Positions 1 through 9,038 of a stretch of 47,504 nt of DNA are shown here, piece by piece (within the stretch, counting starts at the first letter, position 1; every line of letters begins with the position of its first letter). Position numbers and translations under genes: made by a program. The notes under the pieces were generated by a model that saw only the letters and a program-made list of their open reading frames with translations, had not been told where the DNA came from and ran no database searches. Source of the DNA: Sedimentisphaerales bacterium (lineage in GTDB: Bacteria > Planctomycetota > Phycisphaerae > Sedimentisphaerales > Anaerohalosphaeraceae); NCBI GenBank assembly GCA_016928585.1, contig JAFGKL010000033.1:1-47504 (forward strand), written 5' to 3'.

Positions 1-34
1 GATGACATAACTAACTATAATTACTAAATAAAGT

Positions 35-1087
35 TCAGTTTAATATTTTATCCAAGTAATTTACAGCCTGCAGTTTTTGGCGGTCCGGGTTGTCTGAGTT
101 TAGTTCAAATAATTCCCAATAAATATCGTATTCGAAAGACTCATCTGTTTTAAGTTTTACGAGGGGGCTCATACATTCGAGTTCGGCGAAATCGGGGCAA
201 GTGAATATTGTTGCACTTGTACCGCCGTCGGGATAGGCTGCATGGGGTTGAAAAGAAAAGAACTCGGCAATGAGCGTTCGGCCAATGACAGCGGCTACAT
301 AATTCGGGGCATCAGCCCCCATCTTTTGATTCCTGGCGGGGTCCGGCGTGAAAAAAGCGTTGCTGCCTTCAACGGTGATATTTTTACGGCCCTGATTGTC
401 ATAGTCGTCCCAGACGGGAACGAAGACACGGCCGTCAAAGCAACTATCCTTATTCAGCGAAACGAAAGTAACTGAAGGGGGCCTAACCTTGGTAATGTTC
501 CAGATTGTAAGCGGGAGGGGTTCGAGGTGCTGCTTTGCGGCGGGTTTTATTTTTTTCATGGTTTGATGTATTTGAAGTCTTGTGCTGTCGGGGAGAAGGT
601 GTATCTTTCTGCTGACCTGCGAGCCGCAATATTCACTTACTTTACTTGTAATGATGACGGCGCTGTCCACTATCTTTGCGTCCCAAGGCATTCCGTCGAG
701 CCAATGGTCGGGAGGTCTTTTATGGCCGTTGATCTCGACGAACATGTTTTCCTGGGAGGGCCATATCCTGTCGCCTCCGAACGCGGCCCATATCGGCTGG
801 CCGTCCTGTTCGAGGGGTTTGCCTTCGGCGAGGGTTTTGCCGTAAAGGGCGGGGTCATGGCACAAAAGATTGTCCGCACCGATATAGCCGTAATGCATTA
901 TTCTTCCGATGGCGGGGACGACCACGACGCGTACTTTATTGTTGGTTATTTCGAATGAATCCTTCCAGCCGTGGTATTCAATCTTTCTTATATCAACCCG
1001 ACCGGCGACTTTAGAGGGACCGCAGGCGGTAATTATGCAGCTAATGACCGCTATTGTACCGAATAATATGTATCTTTTTGCCTTCAT
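35..1087 (-). CDS. hypothetical secreted lipoprotein
   Basis: 350-aa ORF. The N-terminus MKAKRYILFGTIAVISCIITAC looks like a signal peptide with a lipobox-like ITAC. I recognised no catalytic motif. It is divergent from the radical-enzyme pair. Confidence 0.6.
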   Translation of the reverse strand: MKAKRYILFGTIAVISCIITACGPSKVAGRVDIRKIEYHGWKDSFEITNNKVRVVVVPAIGRIMHYGYIGADNLLCHDPALYGKTLAEGKPLEQDGQPIWAAFGGDRIWPSQENMFVEINGHKRPPDHWLDGMPWDAKIVDSAVIITSKVSEYCGSQVSRKIHLLPDSTRLQIHQTMKKIKPAAKQHLEPLPLTIWNITKVRPPSVTFVSLNKDSCFDGRVFVPVWDDYDNQGRKNITVEGSNAFFTPDPARNQKMGADAPNYVAAVIGRTLIAEFFSFQPHAAYPDGGTSATIFTCPDFAELECMSPLVKLKTDESFEYDIYWELFELNSDNPDRQKLQAVNYLDKILN

Positions 1088-1154
1088 ATATTACCTAAAT
1101 ATGATTTTAGGCAAATTGGAATTAAAATCAACCTGTAATCCAGAACCAATTTTT

Positions 1155-1184
1155 TTGTAAATCTTTGCGGATTTATGTTATGAT
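1155..1184 (+). promoter_or_regulatory. possible sigma70-type promoter (TTGTAA - 18 nt - TATGAT) abutting the activase start
   Basis: TTGTAA lies at 1155-1160 and TATGAT at 1179-1184. Only 8 nt separate the -10 hexamer from ATG 1193, and no Shine-Dalgarno is present. Confidence 0.25.
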
Positions 1185-1192
1185 GTGTGGTC

Positions 1193-2116
1193 ATGGGAAC
1201 CAGTGAAGATATAAAAGGGACGATCTTCGATATCAAGGGATATGCGATACACGACGGGCCGGGTATCCGTACGACCATTTTTTTTAAGGGGTGTTCGCTG
1301 CGGTGCAAGTGGTGTCATAACCCTGAGAGTCTTTTAAAGCGCCCGGAACCAGCGATACGGTTCGGCAGGTGCCTTCTTTGCGAAAAGTGCGTTGAGGCGT
1401 GCGAACAGGGTGCAATATCAAAAGTCGAAGGCAGCATTGTTACCGATTTTAAAAAATGCGTTCGGTGCGGCAACTGCACCTATGTATGCGTTGTCAATGC
1501 GAGAGAAATCGTCGGCAAGGAAGTCAGCGTAAGCGAAGTAATGGGCGAGATCGTTAAAGATGTGCCTTTCTACGATGAATCGGGCGGAGGAGTTACGTTT
1601 TCAGGAGGTGAGCCTTTGGTCCAGCCGAAGTTCCTGTCGGCGTTGCTGGAGGAATGCAGGGCGGAGAACATTCATACGGCGATAGACACGACCTGTTATG
1701 CGGATGAGGCGGTTGTTATGGGGATCGCCAAGAAAGCGGATATGTTCCTTTGCGACATTAAGCATATGGACCCGGCAAAGCATAAGGAATATACCGGGGT
1801 GGATAACGAGCTGATCCTAAGCAATATCAGTAAGCTTGTTGAGCGGGGGGTTGAGGTGGTTATCCGGATACCGATAATAGGTGGGTATAATGACGATATG
1901 GAGAATTTGCGGCGGACGGCAGAGTGGGTGGCGGGTCTGAAAAAGCGGTGCTGTGTTGATTTTTTGCCGTATAACAGTGCGGGCACGGAAAAAGCCAAGC
2001 GACTTGCCCACAAAATAAGTATAATAAAGGCAGACAGTCCCAGCGAAGAGAAGCTGAGAGAAATAGCTGATGTTTATGAAAAAGATTATGGTTTGAAAGT
2101 TAAAATTGACGGTTAG
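1193..2116 (+). CDS. glycyl-radical enzyme activating protein (radical SAM)
   Basis: Radical-SAM CX3CX2C motif (CSLRCKWC) follows HDGPGIRT. There are two ferredoxin-type CX2CX2CX3C motifs (CLLCEKCVEAC, CVRCGNCTYVC). The gene ends 5 nt before the GRE gene. In-frame GTG 1187 is an alternative start. Confidence 0.9.
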   Translation: MGTSEDIKGTIFDIKGYAIHDGPGIRTTIFFKGCSLRCKWCHNPESLLKRPEPAIRFGRCLLCEKCVEACEQGAISKVEGSIVTDFKKCVRCGNCTYVCVVNAREIVGKEVSVSEVMGEIVKDVPFYDESGGGVTFSGGEPLVQPKFLSALLEECRAENIHTAIDTTCYADEAVVMGIAKKADMFLCDIKHMDPAKHKEYTGVDNELILSNISKLVERGVEVVIRIPIIGGYNDDMENLRRTAEWVAGLKKRCCVDFLPYNSAGTEKAKRLAHKISIIKADSPSEEKLREIADVYEKDYGLKVKIDG

Positions 2117-2121
2117 GCGAT

Positions 2122-4488
2122 ATGACCCCCAGAGTAAAAAAACTTAAAGAGCAGAGCGTCGGTATTCGGCCGTATATTTCTTCGGAGCGGGCGGAACTGG
2201 TGACGGAATTCTACCAGGGCGAGAAGCCAGCAGAAGTGTCGGTGAAGGTGTGCAGGGCCCTTGCGTTCAAGCATATAATGGAAAACAAGACCATCTGCAT
2301 AAATGACGGCGAACTGATAGTTGGCGAAAAGGGGCCGGCGCCGAAGGCCACGCCGACGTATCCGGAATTATGCTGTCATGATCTTGAAGACCTTAGGATA
2401 TTAAGCACCCGCAATAAGACGCGGTTCGAAGTAAGCCCTCAGGTTTTGAAGGTGTACGAGGAAAAGATAATTCCGTTTTGGCAGGGCAAGACGGTGCGAG
2501 AAAAATTATTCGCTTCGATGGATGAGAAGTGGCACCAGGCATTCGATGCGGGGGTGTTTACGGAATTTATGGAGCAGCGGGCGCCCGGTCATGCGATCCA
2601 GGACGACAAAATATATCGTAAAGGGCTGCTTGATCTTAAGGCGGAGGTTGTTCGCTATCGAAAAGAGATAGACTTTGTGAACGATCCGCTTGCCAAAGAG
2701 AAAGAGCAGGAATACGAGGCGATGGAGATAGTTGCGGATGCTGCAATAACTTTTGCCAAGCGTCATGCCGAGGCTGCTCTTAAGAAGGCGAAAGAGGAAA
2801 GCGATCCGGTCCGGAAAAAAGAACTTGAGCAAATAGCCGAAGTTTGCATTCGTGTGCCTGCGAACGCTCCGCGTAATTTTCACGAAGCCTTGCAGATGTA
2901 CTGGTTTGTTCATCTATCGGTAACGACGGAGCTGAATACGTGGGATTCGTTCGATCCGGGGAGACTGGACCAGCATTTGTATCCTTTCTATAAAAAACAG
3001 ATCGAAGAGGGGAGTATTACAAAAGAAGGTGCAAAAGAACTGCTGGAGTGCTTCTGGATCAAGTTCAATAATCAGCCAGCTCCTCCGAAGGTTGGCGTTA
3101 CGGAAGAGCAGAGCGGCACCTATACAGATTTTGCATTGATAAATACGGGTGGAGTCAAGCCGGAGGACGGCAGCGATGCGGTTAACGAGTTGTCGTATAT
3201 GATCCTTGATGTTGTAAGCGAAATGCGTCTGACGCAGCCGAGCTGCTGTATTCAAGTCAGCAAGAAAAATCCTAATGAATTTGTGAAACGTGCCTGTCAT
3301 GTTGTTCGGGAGGGGTTCGGCCAGCCGAGCGTTTTTAATACCGATGTTATTATCCAGGAGATGCTTAACGACGGAAAAACGATAGAGGATGCGCGTTCCG
3401 GCGGGCCGAGCGGCTGTGTTACGGTAAGCGCGTTCGGCAAGGAAAGCTGTACTCTGACGGGGTATATGAACTGGGGGAAGATATTAGAACTTACGTGCAA
3501 TAACGGGGTCGATCCCGATAGCGGTATTCAAGTCGGGCCGGCGACGGGCGATGTGCGTGGTTTTGAGAATTTCAAACAATTCATGATGGCGTTTGAAGAA
3601 CAGATACGGTTTTTCATAGACCTTAAGATCAGGCACAACAATATAATCGAACGATTATATGCCGATGAGATGCCGGCGCCATTTATGTCGCTGGTGATGG
3701 AAGACTGTATCAAGAAGGGGCTCGACTATCATAACGGCGGGGCTCGATATAACCCGACGTATATTATGGGTGTGGGGATGGGTTCGGTTACCGATGCGCT
3801 GACGGCGATCAAGTATCATATCTTCGATAAAAAGACGTTCCGTATGAATTATCTTCTCGATGCGATGAAATCGGACTTTGAAGGTTATGAGCAGGAACGT
3901 AATATTCTTTTGCATCATACGCCTAAATACGGCAACGACGATGAGTACGCAGATTCCATATCGGAAGAAATTTTTGAGCTATATTACAAGCACCTTAACG
4001 GCAAGCCCAATACCAAGGGGGGTAAGTATCGCGTAAATCTATTGCCGACGACGGTGCATATTTATTTTGGTTCGGTGGTGGGTGCGCTTGCCAGCGGCAG
4101 AAAAGCCAGAATGCCGATGTCCGATGGTATCTCTCCGGAGAAGGGTTCAGACATTAAAGGGCCGACGGCGGTTTTTAAGTCTGCATCGCGAATCGACCAC
4201 AGCAGGACGGGCGGGACACTGCTGAATATGAAATTTACGCCGCAGGTGTTAAAGAACGAGGCGGATATCGAAAAGCTTGTGAGCTTGATCCGAGGGTACT
4301 TTAAACTTGGCGGGCACCATGTTCAGTTTAATGTAATAGGTGCCGAGACGCTTAAGGAGGCGCAGAAAAATCCGGAAGAGAACCGCGATCTAATCGTAAG
4401 AGTTGCGGGCTACAGCGATTATTTTGTAGATATCGGCCGAGATCTACAGGACGAGATCATCGCACGCACAGAGCAGGAACTGTCCTGA
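2122..4488 (+). CDS. glycyl radical enzyme, PFL2/dehydratase-like architecture, substrate unknown
   Basis: 788 aa. C-terminal glycyl radical motif LIVRVAGYSDYF (Gly at residue 763). Single Cys loop GGPSGCVTVSAFG (Cys432). The N-terminal region (ISSERAELVTEFY, INDGELIVGEKG) is typical of non-PFL GREs. Confidence 0.93.
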   Translation: MTPRVKKLKEQSVGIRPYISSERAELVTEFYQGEKPAEVSVKVCRALAFKHIMENKTICINDGELIVGEKGPAPKATPTYPELCCHDLEDLRILSTRNKTRFEVSPQVLKVYEEKIIPFWQGKTVREKLFASMDEKWHQAFDAGVFTEFMEQRAPGHAIQDDKIYRKGLLDLKAEVVRYRKEIDFVNDPLAKEKEQEYEAMEIVADAAITFAKRHAEAALKKAKEESDPVRKKELEQIAEVCIRVPANAPRNFHEALQMYWFVHLSVTTELNTWDSFDPGRLDQHLYPFYKKQIEEGSITKEGAKELLECFWIKFNNQPAPPKVGVTEEQSGTYTDFALINTGGVKPEDGSDAVNELSYMILDVVSEMRLTQPSCCIQVSKKNPNEFVKRACHVVREGFGQPSVFNTDVIIQEMLNDGKTIEDARSGGPSGCVTVSAFGKESCTLTGYMNWGKILELTCNNGVDPDSGIQVGPATGDVRGFENFKQFMMAFEEQIRFFIDLKIRHNNIIERLYADEMPAPFMSLVMEDCIKKGLDYHNGGARYNPTYIMGVGMGSVTDALTAIKYHIFDKKTFRMNYLLDAMKSDFEGYEQERNILLHHTPKYGNDDEYADSISEEIFELYYKHLNGKPNTKGGKYRVNLLPTTVHIYFGSVVGALASGRKARMPMSDGISPEKGSDIKGPTAVFKSASRIDHSRTGGTLLNMKFTPQVLKNEADIEKLVSLIRGYFKLGGHHVQFNVIGAETLKEAQKNPEENRDLIVRVAGYSDYFVDIGRDLQDEIIARTEQELS

Positions 4489-5688
4489 TCACCAGTTCAT
4501 TATGCAATTGCCGTCCGAGGGCTCGTTACATTGCAGCCAGTATTCAGCCAGATCGGCGAAATCCTGCAAGTCGTAACCGTTCGACCAATTTTCAGCTAAG
4601 AAGAGCAAATCATGAAAATCTACGTAACAGTCCTGCACCCAATCCGAGGGAAGGGCTGCACCGAGGTTATGAACGTCTGCACATGTTGGCTCAGTAAAGC
4701 TTGGCCAGCCGTCCGGTGTCCAGAATAACTCATGAATTCTCAAGCCAGCCCAGCCGCTGGGCACAGCGTATGCGTGATGGAGAAGCCAGTATCTGCCATC
4801 GTCGTCCAGCAGGACGTCGTTGTGTCCCGGTCCTTTCCAGTCGTCATCGGGCCATGTTATTTGTGTTCCGCCGCCATACATCATTGATATGCCATCTTCG
4901 TCAAGATATGGCCCGGTAACATCTGTCGCGCGTCCGTATCTGACATTGTATGTGCTGCTTGTGCCGGCACAACAGGCATCAAAGGAAACGAAGAGGTAAT
5001 AATATCCATTCCTGTAAACCAAGCAAGGGGCCTCTATAGCACCGCCGCCACGACTTGCGATTCCCATAGGGGCGACGGTGTTAAAAGGTTTTCCGGTGGC
5101 AGGGTCGATCTCTTTCAGCTTAATACCCGACCAAAACGAGCCGAATGCGAGCCAGTATGTAGTTGTCGGGCCGCTGTCATCTATTAGCAGTGAAGGGTCT
5201 ATTGCATTATAATTATTGTATGTGTACGAACGTATCGCTATGCCTTCATCGACCCATTGGTAAGCGGGGTTGGAGGAATCAAGCGTTGTATTTGTTGCCA
5301 GGCCGATACATGAATGATTACTTCCCCAGCTCGAGATGGAATAGTACAAATGGTACTTGCCGTTGAAATAAGCAATTTCCGGAGCCCATATATTGTAGTT
5401 GTTTTCATCCGGATCAGCGAAGTCAGGCACTTCCTGTTCCCACCAGCTTAGCGCATCGCTGGTCGGCCAGACGTCGCCTGCGTACTGCCAGTAATGCATA
5501 TCCGTCGATTTTCTAATGGGGGTTCTTCGGCCGGTGCAAAAGCTATAGTAAGTATTGCCCTGCTTAATCATAACCGGATCATGAGACCAGTAGTCTCCTG
5601 TGAGCACTTCGTAGTCGGCCAAGGTCAAGTCGGCAAAAAGAATTAATGTGAAAATAATGAAAACCAAGAGAAATAATTTCTCTTTCAT
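4489..5688 (-). CDS. glycoside hydrolase family 43 (arabinanase-like) with dockerin-like C-terminal tail
   Basis: Signal peptide MKEKLFLLVFIIFTLILFA. GH43 catalytic-triad contexts are present: WSHDPVMI, NAIDPSLL, GAIEAPCL, plus WAPEIAYFNGKYHLYYS. The C-terminus is YDLQDFADLAEYWLQC. Confidence 0.9.
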   Translation of the reverse strand: MKEKLFLLVFIIFTLILFADLTLADYEVLTGDYWSHDPVMIKQGNTYYSFCTGRRTPIRKSTDMHYWQYAGDVWPTSDALSWWEQEVPDFADPDENNYNIWAPEIAYFNGKYHLYYSISSWGSNHSCIGLATNTTLDSSNPAYQWVDEGIAIRSYTYNNYNAIDPSLLIDDSGPTTTYWLAFGSFWSGIKLKEIDPATGKPFNTVAPMGIASRGGGAIEAPCLVYRNGYYYLFVSFDACCAGTSSTYNVRYGRATDVTGPYLDEDGISMMYGGGTQITWPDDDWKGPGHNDVLLDDDGRYWLLHHAYAVPSGWAGLRIHELFWTPDGWPSFTEPTCADVHNLGAALPSDWVQDCYVDFHDLLFLAENWSNGYDLQDFADLAEYWLQCNEPSDGNCIMNW

Positions 5689-5811
5689 AAAACCACCCTT
5701 CTTTACGTGCGATAATAAAAACCCTTTAAACTTATTCTAACATAAAAACATCTACAATGCAAGTTTATCAGTGTATTCATGCATTTTTAGTTAGTAATGT
5801 TTTACTTAGAT

Positions 5812-5846
5812 AAAAAGAGGCCCATACCATTAAGATACGGACCTCT
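5812..5846 (-). terminator. putative intrinsic terminator after the LamG-protein gene
   Basis: The minus strand reads AGAGGTCC-(15-nt loop)-GGGCCTCT followed by TTTTT. This gives an 8-bp stem with one G-U pair. It lies 46 nt downstream of the stop at 5892. Confidence 0.5.
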
Positions 5847-5891
5847 ACAATCTTTTAAGTATGTTCTATACTATACAACCTTATATTCTAT

Positions 5892-8111
5892 TTACGGAAT
5901 ACAGGTCGGTACCAGATAACAATCCAACCACGATGAAGCAAAGTCGGCGAAATCTTCCAAGTTTACCTGGCAGTCATCATTAAAGTCCATGTCTGTTGTG
6001 CTGGCGTCCTGAATGCAAACATCGGCGCCAGTTACCAGATCAGTGTAGAGCTTTGCAACGTCATAACGACTTAACGCATAGTTGTATATCTCTACGTTGT
6101 CGATAAGACCGTCTAACGGAGCGAAACCATCGGCGGTTTCTGCACCGATCGCCAAAGCGTCAGGATGTGTTTGCATAACGACCGTCGAAGCGGCGGAAAC
6201 AGTTTCCAGATTACCATCTACATAAATGGAGGAAACACTTCCGTCATATGTGCCTGTTACCAAATGCCAGTTATCGCCGGTATCCGGATTGACTGCGGAG
6301 ATATCTGAAGTGCCGAATGTATCGGCCCATTCCGAAGTGGTCTCACGTGCGGCAAAAACAGCCGTGTTAGTGGGATCATTCAGTAAAGCCCAGCCTAACG
6401 GGTCAGGTATGTTTCGCTGCTCTTTGCTGACGATACCAGTCCATTCGCCGTCTCTGCCTGTTAACTGTACCCAGCAACTAACTGTCAGACCCTGCGGATA
6501 GAAGTTGAGGGAATCGGGATCTGAAGCCAAGACAGCTTCACCCGTGTTGTTACCTTGTGAAGTGGCGGTATCACCACTGAAGACCATATATTCCCCACCA
6601 GCCGGTGAAGGCGTGGCGCTACTAAATACCGGAACCGATGTAACCCCATCGTTTGTGTTTGGATCAAAATATGTGCCGGTATAGGCATCTTCTTCGCCGA
6701 CTACTACCGAATCCATGGAACTTCCGTCAAATGTCCACAGTGCTACACGGCGCTGTTTCATAACTCTTACCTTATTAGAATCAATTCCTGCCGGAGTTGA
6801 TGCATTAGATACATTGCAATGGTAGTATCCTTCATTTCCTATTGCCATGGCGGCGATATTAAGTGTCGGATCAGTCTCACCAGTTTGTAAAACGTCATCT
6901 TTGTACCATTTGTAATCAGTTGCGTTGGTTGCGGCTACTTCCAAAGTTACAGGGTCACCAGCGGCTACAGTTTGCGGTGCAGGCTGTAAAGTTATGATCG
7001 GTGCGTCGGGCATAGTTGTGAAAGTTCCTATTCCGCTTGCAACGGTACCGCCATTGACAGCTTCAACCATCCAGTAGTATCTTGTGCCGTGCTGTAGATC
7101 GGGCAAATAACCAACATTTGGATAGTTTGGATCAGTGTCGCCTGTTACTTCCAGTTCCAGGGTAATAGTTGCAGCGGAACCTAAAGCGACTTGTATTTCA
7201 TTAGGATCTAAATAGATATTATAACTGGTCGGAGTATAGTCTGCCGGTGGGTCCCATTCGAGTCTGACCTGGTCCCACATGATGTTTTCCACATTAAGAG
7301 GATAGTGCAGAGCAGGTTTTTGACCGTAAGAGGCAGTTATTATTACACCACCAGGAATAGTTGTTGTGTCGATGTTAATGTCTGAACCTTCCGGTCCACC
7401 GGGAGTGTACCCATATGCTTTAAGATAACCAATATCTATCCAATCCAATACATTTTGTTCTGTAAGATTTGTACGTACTATAAGAGTACCGTCCCAGATA
7501 TCCAGTTTTGTCAGTCCCGACCCAAATCCCTGAATTGCTTCAAGGCTTGCAGCCATGTTGAAGCCGTTGGTGACATCCATAGTACCATCGTAGATGTTTA
7601 ACATACCGCCCAACCAGACATAATCACTTACGTAGGCAGTAGTAGTCGCATCGTACATATTCATCGTAACGTAAGGTGCAACAAACCACCAGTTGTCTCC
7701 TAAGAGCAAATTTTGAACATTTAGCTGAGCGCCCTGGGACATATTAATGATAGATCGACCGGCCCCACCTGTAGTACCTACCGGAGCCATAACGAAGCCC
7801 GCTACTTCCAAACTTCCACCTATGATATCCAGAGTTATTCCAAACTCCGGACCATACAGGTCATCACCGACGAATCCGGCGGTTGGCGGATCGATAACTA
7901 TCAACGAACCGTTGGTTTGGTCGTTGAGGAAGACATCTATCGAGTCAGCAGGCGGCGGCCCAACAGGGCTCCAGTTGTTTGCTGTTTTCCAGTACTCATC
8001 GATATCACCTGTCCATGCGTAATTAACGGCTGCAGCACTAGCAATACCGGCTAATAGGAACGTCGTAACAAGGACAATAAAACAAATTGCCTTACAAAAT
8101 TTTGTTTTCAT
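5892..8111 (-). CDS. secreted multidomain protein: novel N-domain / FN3-like / Ig-like / LamG / dockerin-like tail
   Basis: 739 aa. AAGGAG lies 8 nt upstream. Signal peptide ends AGIASAAA. The N-domain (aa 27-260) is paralogous to the next gene. Ig-like hallmark GYYHCNVSN. LamG-type LDGLIDNVEIYNYALS. Tail DFNDDCQVNLEDFADFASSWLDC. Confidence 0.85.
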   Translation of the reverse strand: MKTKFCKAICFIVLVTTFLLAGIASAAAVNYAWTGDIDEYWKTANNWSPVGPPPADSIDVFLNDQTNGSLIVIDPPTAGFVGDDLYGPEFGITLDIIGGSLEVAGFVMAPVGTTGGAGRSIINMSQGAQLNVQNLLLGDNWWFVAPYVTMNMYDATTTAYVSDYVWLGGMLNIYDGTMDVTNGFNMAASLEAIQGFGSGLTKLDIWDGTLIVRTNLTEQNVLDWIDIGYLKAYGYTPGGPEGSDINIDTTTIPGGVIITASYGQKPALHYPLNVENIMWDQVRLEWDPPADYTPTSYNIYLDPNEIQVALGSAATITLELEVTGDTDPNYPNVGYLPDLQHGTRYYWMVEAVNGGTVASGIGTFTTMPDAPIITLQPAPQTVAAGDPVTLEVAATNATDYKWYKDDVLQTGETDPTLNIAAMAIGNEGYYHCNVSNASTPAGIDSNKVRVMKQRRVALWTFDGSSMDSVVVGEEDAYTGTYFDPNTNDGVTSVPVFSSATPSPAGGEYMVFSGDTATSQGNNTGEAVLASDPDSLNFYPQGLTVSCWVQLTGRDGEWTGIVSKEQRNIPDPLGWALLNDPTNTAVFAARETTSEWADTFGTSDISAVNPDTGDNWHLVTGTYDGSVSSIYVDGNLETVSAASTVVMQTHPDALAIGAETADGFAPLDGLIDNVEIYNYALSRYDVAKLYTDLVTGADVCIQDASTTDMDFNDDCQVNLEDFADFASSWLDCYLVPTCIP

Positions 8112-8162
8112 TACTCGTTCTCCTTAAATATATTGTAAACTATATTTTAAACACTTATCTGC

Positions 8163-8187
8163 AAATGAATCCCAATGGGATCCATTT
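8163..8187. repeat. inverted repeat between the PEP-CTERM gene and the LamG gene
   Basis: AAATGAATCC-CAATG-GGATCCATTT forms a 10-bp stem with one mismatch. It has no clear U-tract. It could be a processing or attenuation hairpin within the operon. Confidence 0.3.
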
Positions 8188-8240
8188 CAACTTCGCTGTC
8201 CCTCCTCTAAAACCCAAATAGTTAGGTTGGGAACAAGGTT

Positions 8241-9038
8241 TTAGCGTTTACGACGAATAAGCAGTGCACCCAGCCCGAGAATCGTCATCGTTGCTGGTTC
8301 GGGAATCACGGCTGTGATCACAACGTCTCCTGATATGTCATCAATGATAACATCGCCGGAACCCCCGAAACCGGTCAGGATTCCGCTGTCTTCCCATCCC
8401 TGCGCAGTAGCCGCCGTAAATCCATCATCTCGGATGATTAGCATGCCGTTTTCAATATCGATACCGGCATAGCCTTTGTTATTGGTATCCATATTAAAAC
8501 CACCCTGGATATCGACAGTGCCGCCGTAGAGGCTCATCTTACCTCCCAACCAGCACCAATCAGTTGCCAGTACAGTACTGGTGTCATAGACTTCTAAATT
8601 AGCTGCGGGGGCATCCCCATACCACCAGTTGTCTCCCAGCAATAAGTTGTGCACCTGCAGATTACCACCGTTCTGGACCGTCACAATGGAAGGATTGTCC
8701 GTCGCGCCAATCGGAGCAAAGACAAATCCGGAAGGATTGGTCTGAACCAAGCTGCCGCCGTCGATAATCAAGTCCATTCCCCATTCCGGACCGAACACAT
8801 CATTGTCGATAGCCACAGATGTTAAAGAACCGATAACCACCAAGTCGTTACCGGCATCATTTGCTTCCTGAAGCAGAACGTTCCCTGCACCGGGGCCTGG
8901 CATAATGCCACCCTGCCAGTTGTCCGAATTGCTCCAGAGATCATCTGCGCCGGCACCTGTCCAGATGACGTCGGCTGAGGCGTTGCTGAGCAGGCTGACA
9001 GCCAGCAGCAATACTACAATAATTAATTTTTTGTTCAT
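8241..9038 (-). CDS. PEP-CTERM sorting-domain surface protein
   Basis: 265 aa when started at MNKKLIIVVLLLAVSLLSNASA, with GGAGG about 10 nt upstream. The C-terminus VIPEPATMTILGLGALLIRRKR is a classic PEP motif plus TM helix plus Arg-rich tail. Confidence 0.85.
   Translation of the reverse strand: MNKKLIIVVLLLAVSLLSNASADVIWTGAGADDLWSNSDNWQGGIMPGPGAGNVLLQEANDAGNDLVVIGSLTSVAIDNDVFGPEWGMDLIIDGGSLVQTNPSGFVFAPIGATDNPSIVTVQNGGNLQVHNLLLGDNWWYGDAPAANLEVYDTSTVLATDWCWLGGKMSLYGGTVDIQGGFNMDTNNKGYAGIDIENGMLIIRDDGFTAATAQGWEDSGILTGFGGSGDVIIDDISGDVVITAVIPEPATMTILGLGALLIRRKR

Noticed and set aside
2122-4488. Calling the GRE pyruvate formate-lyase (pflB), or placing it in a microcompartment pathway.
   Set aside because: There is no adjacent Cys-Cys pair (the loop is G-C-V-T). 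The activase is the long ferredoxin-containing type. No shell-protein, aldehyde dehydrogenase or phosphotransacylase genes are in the window.
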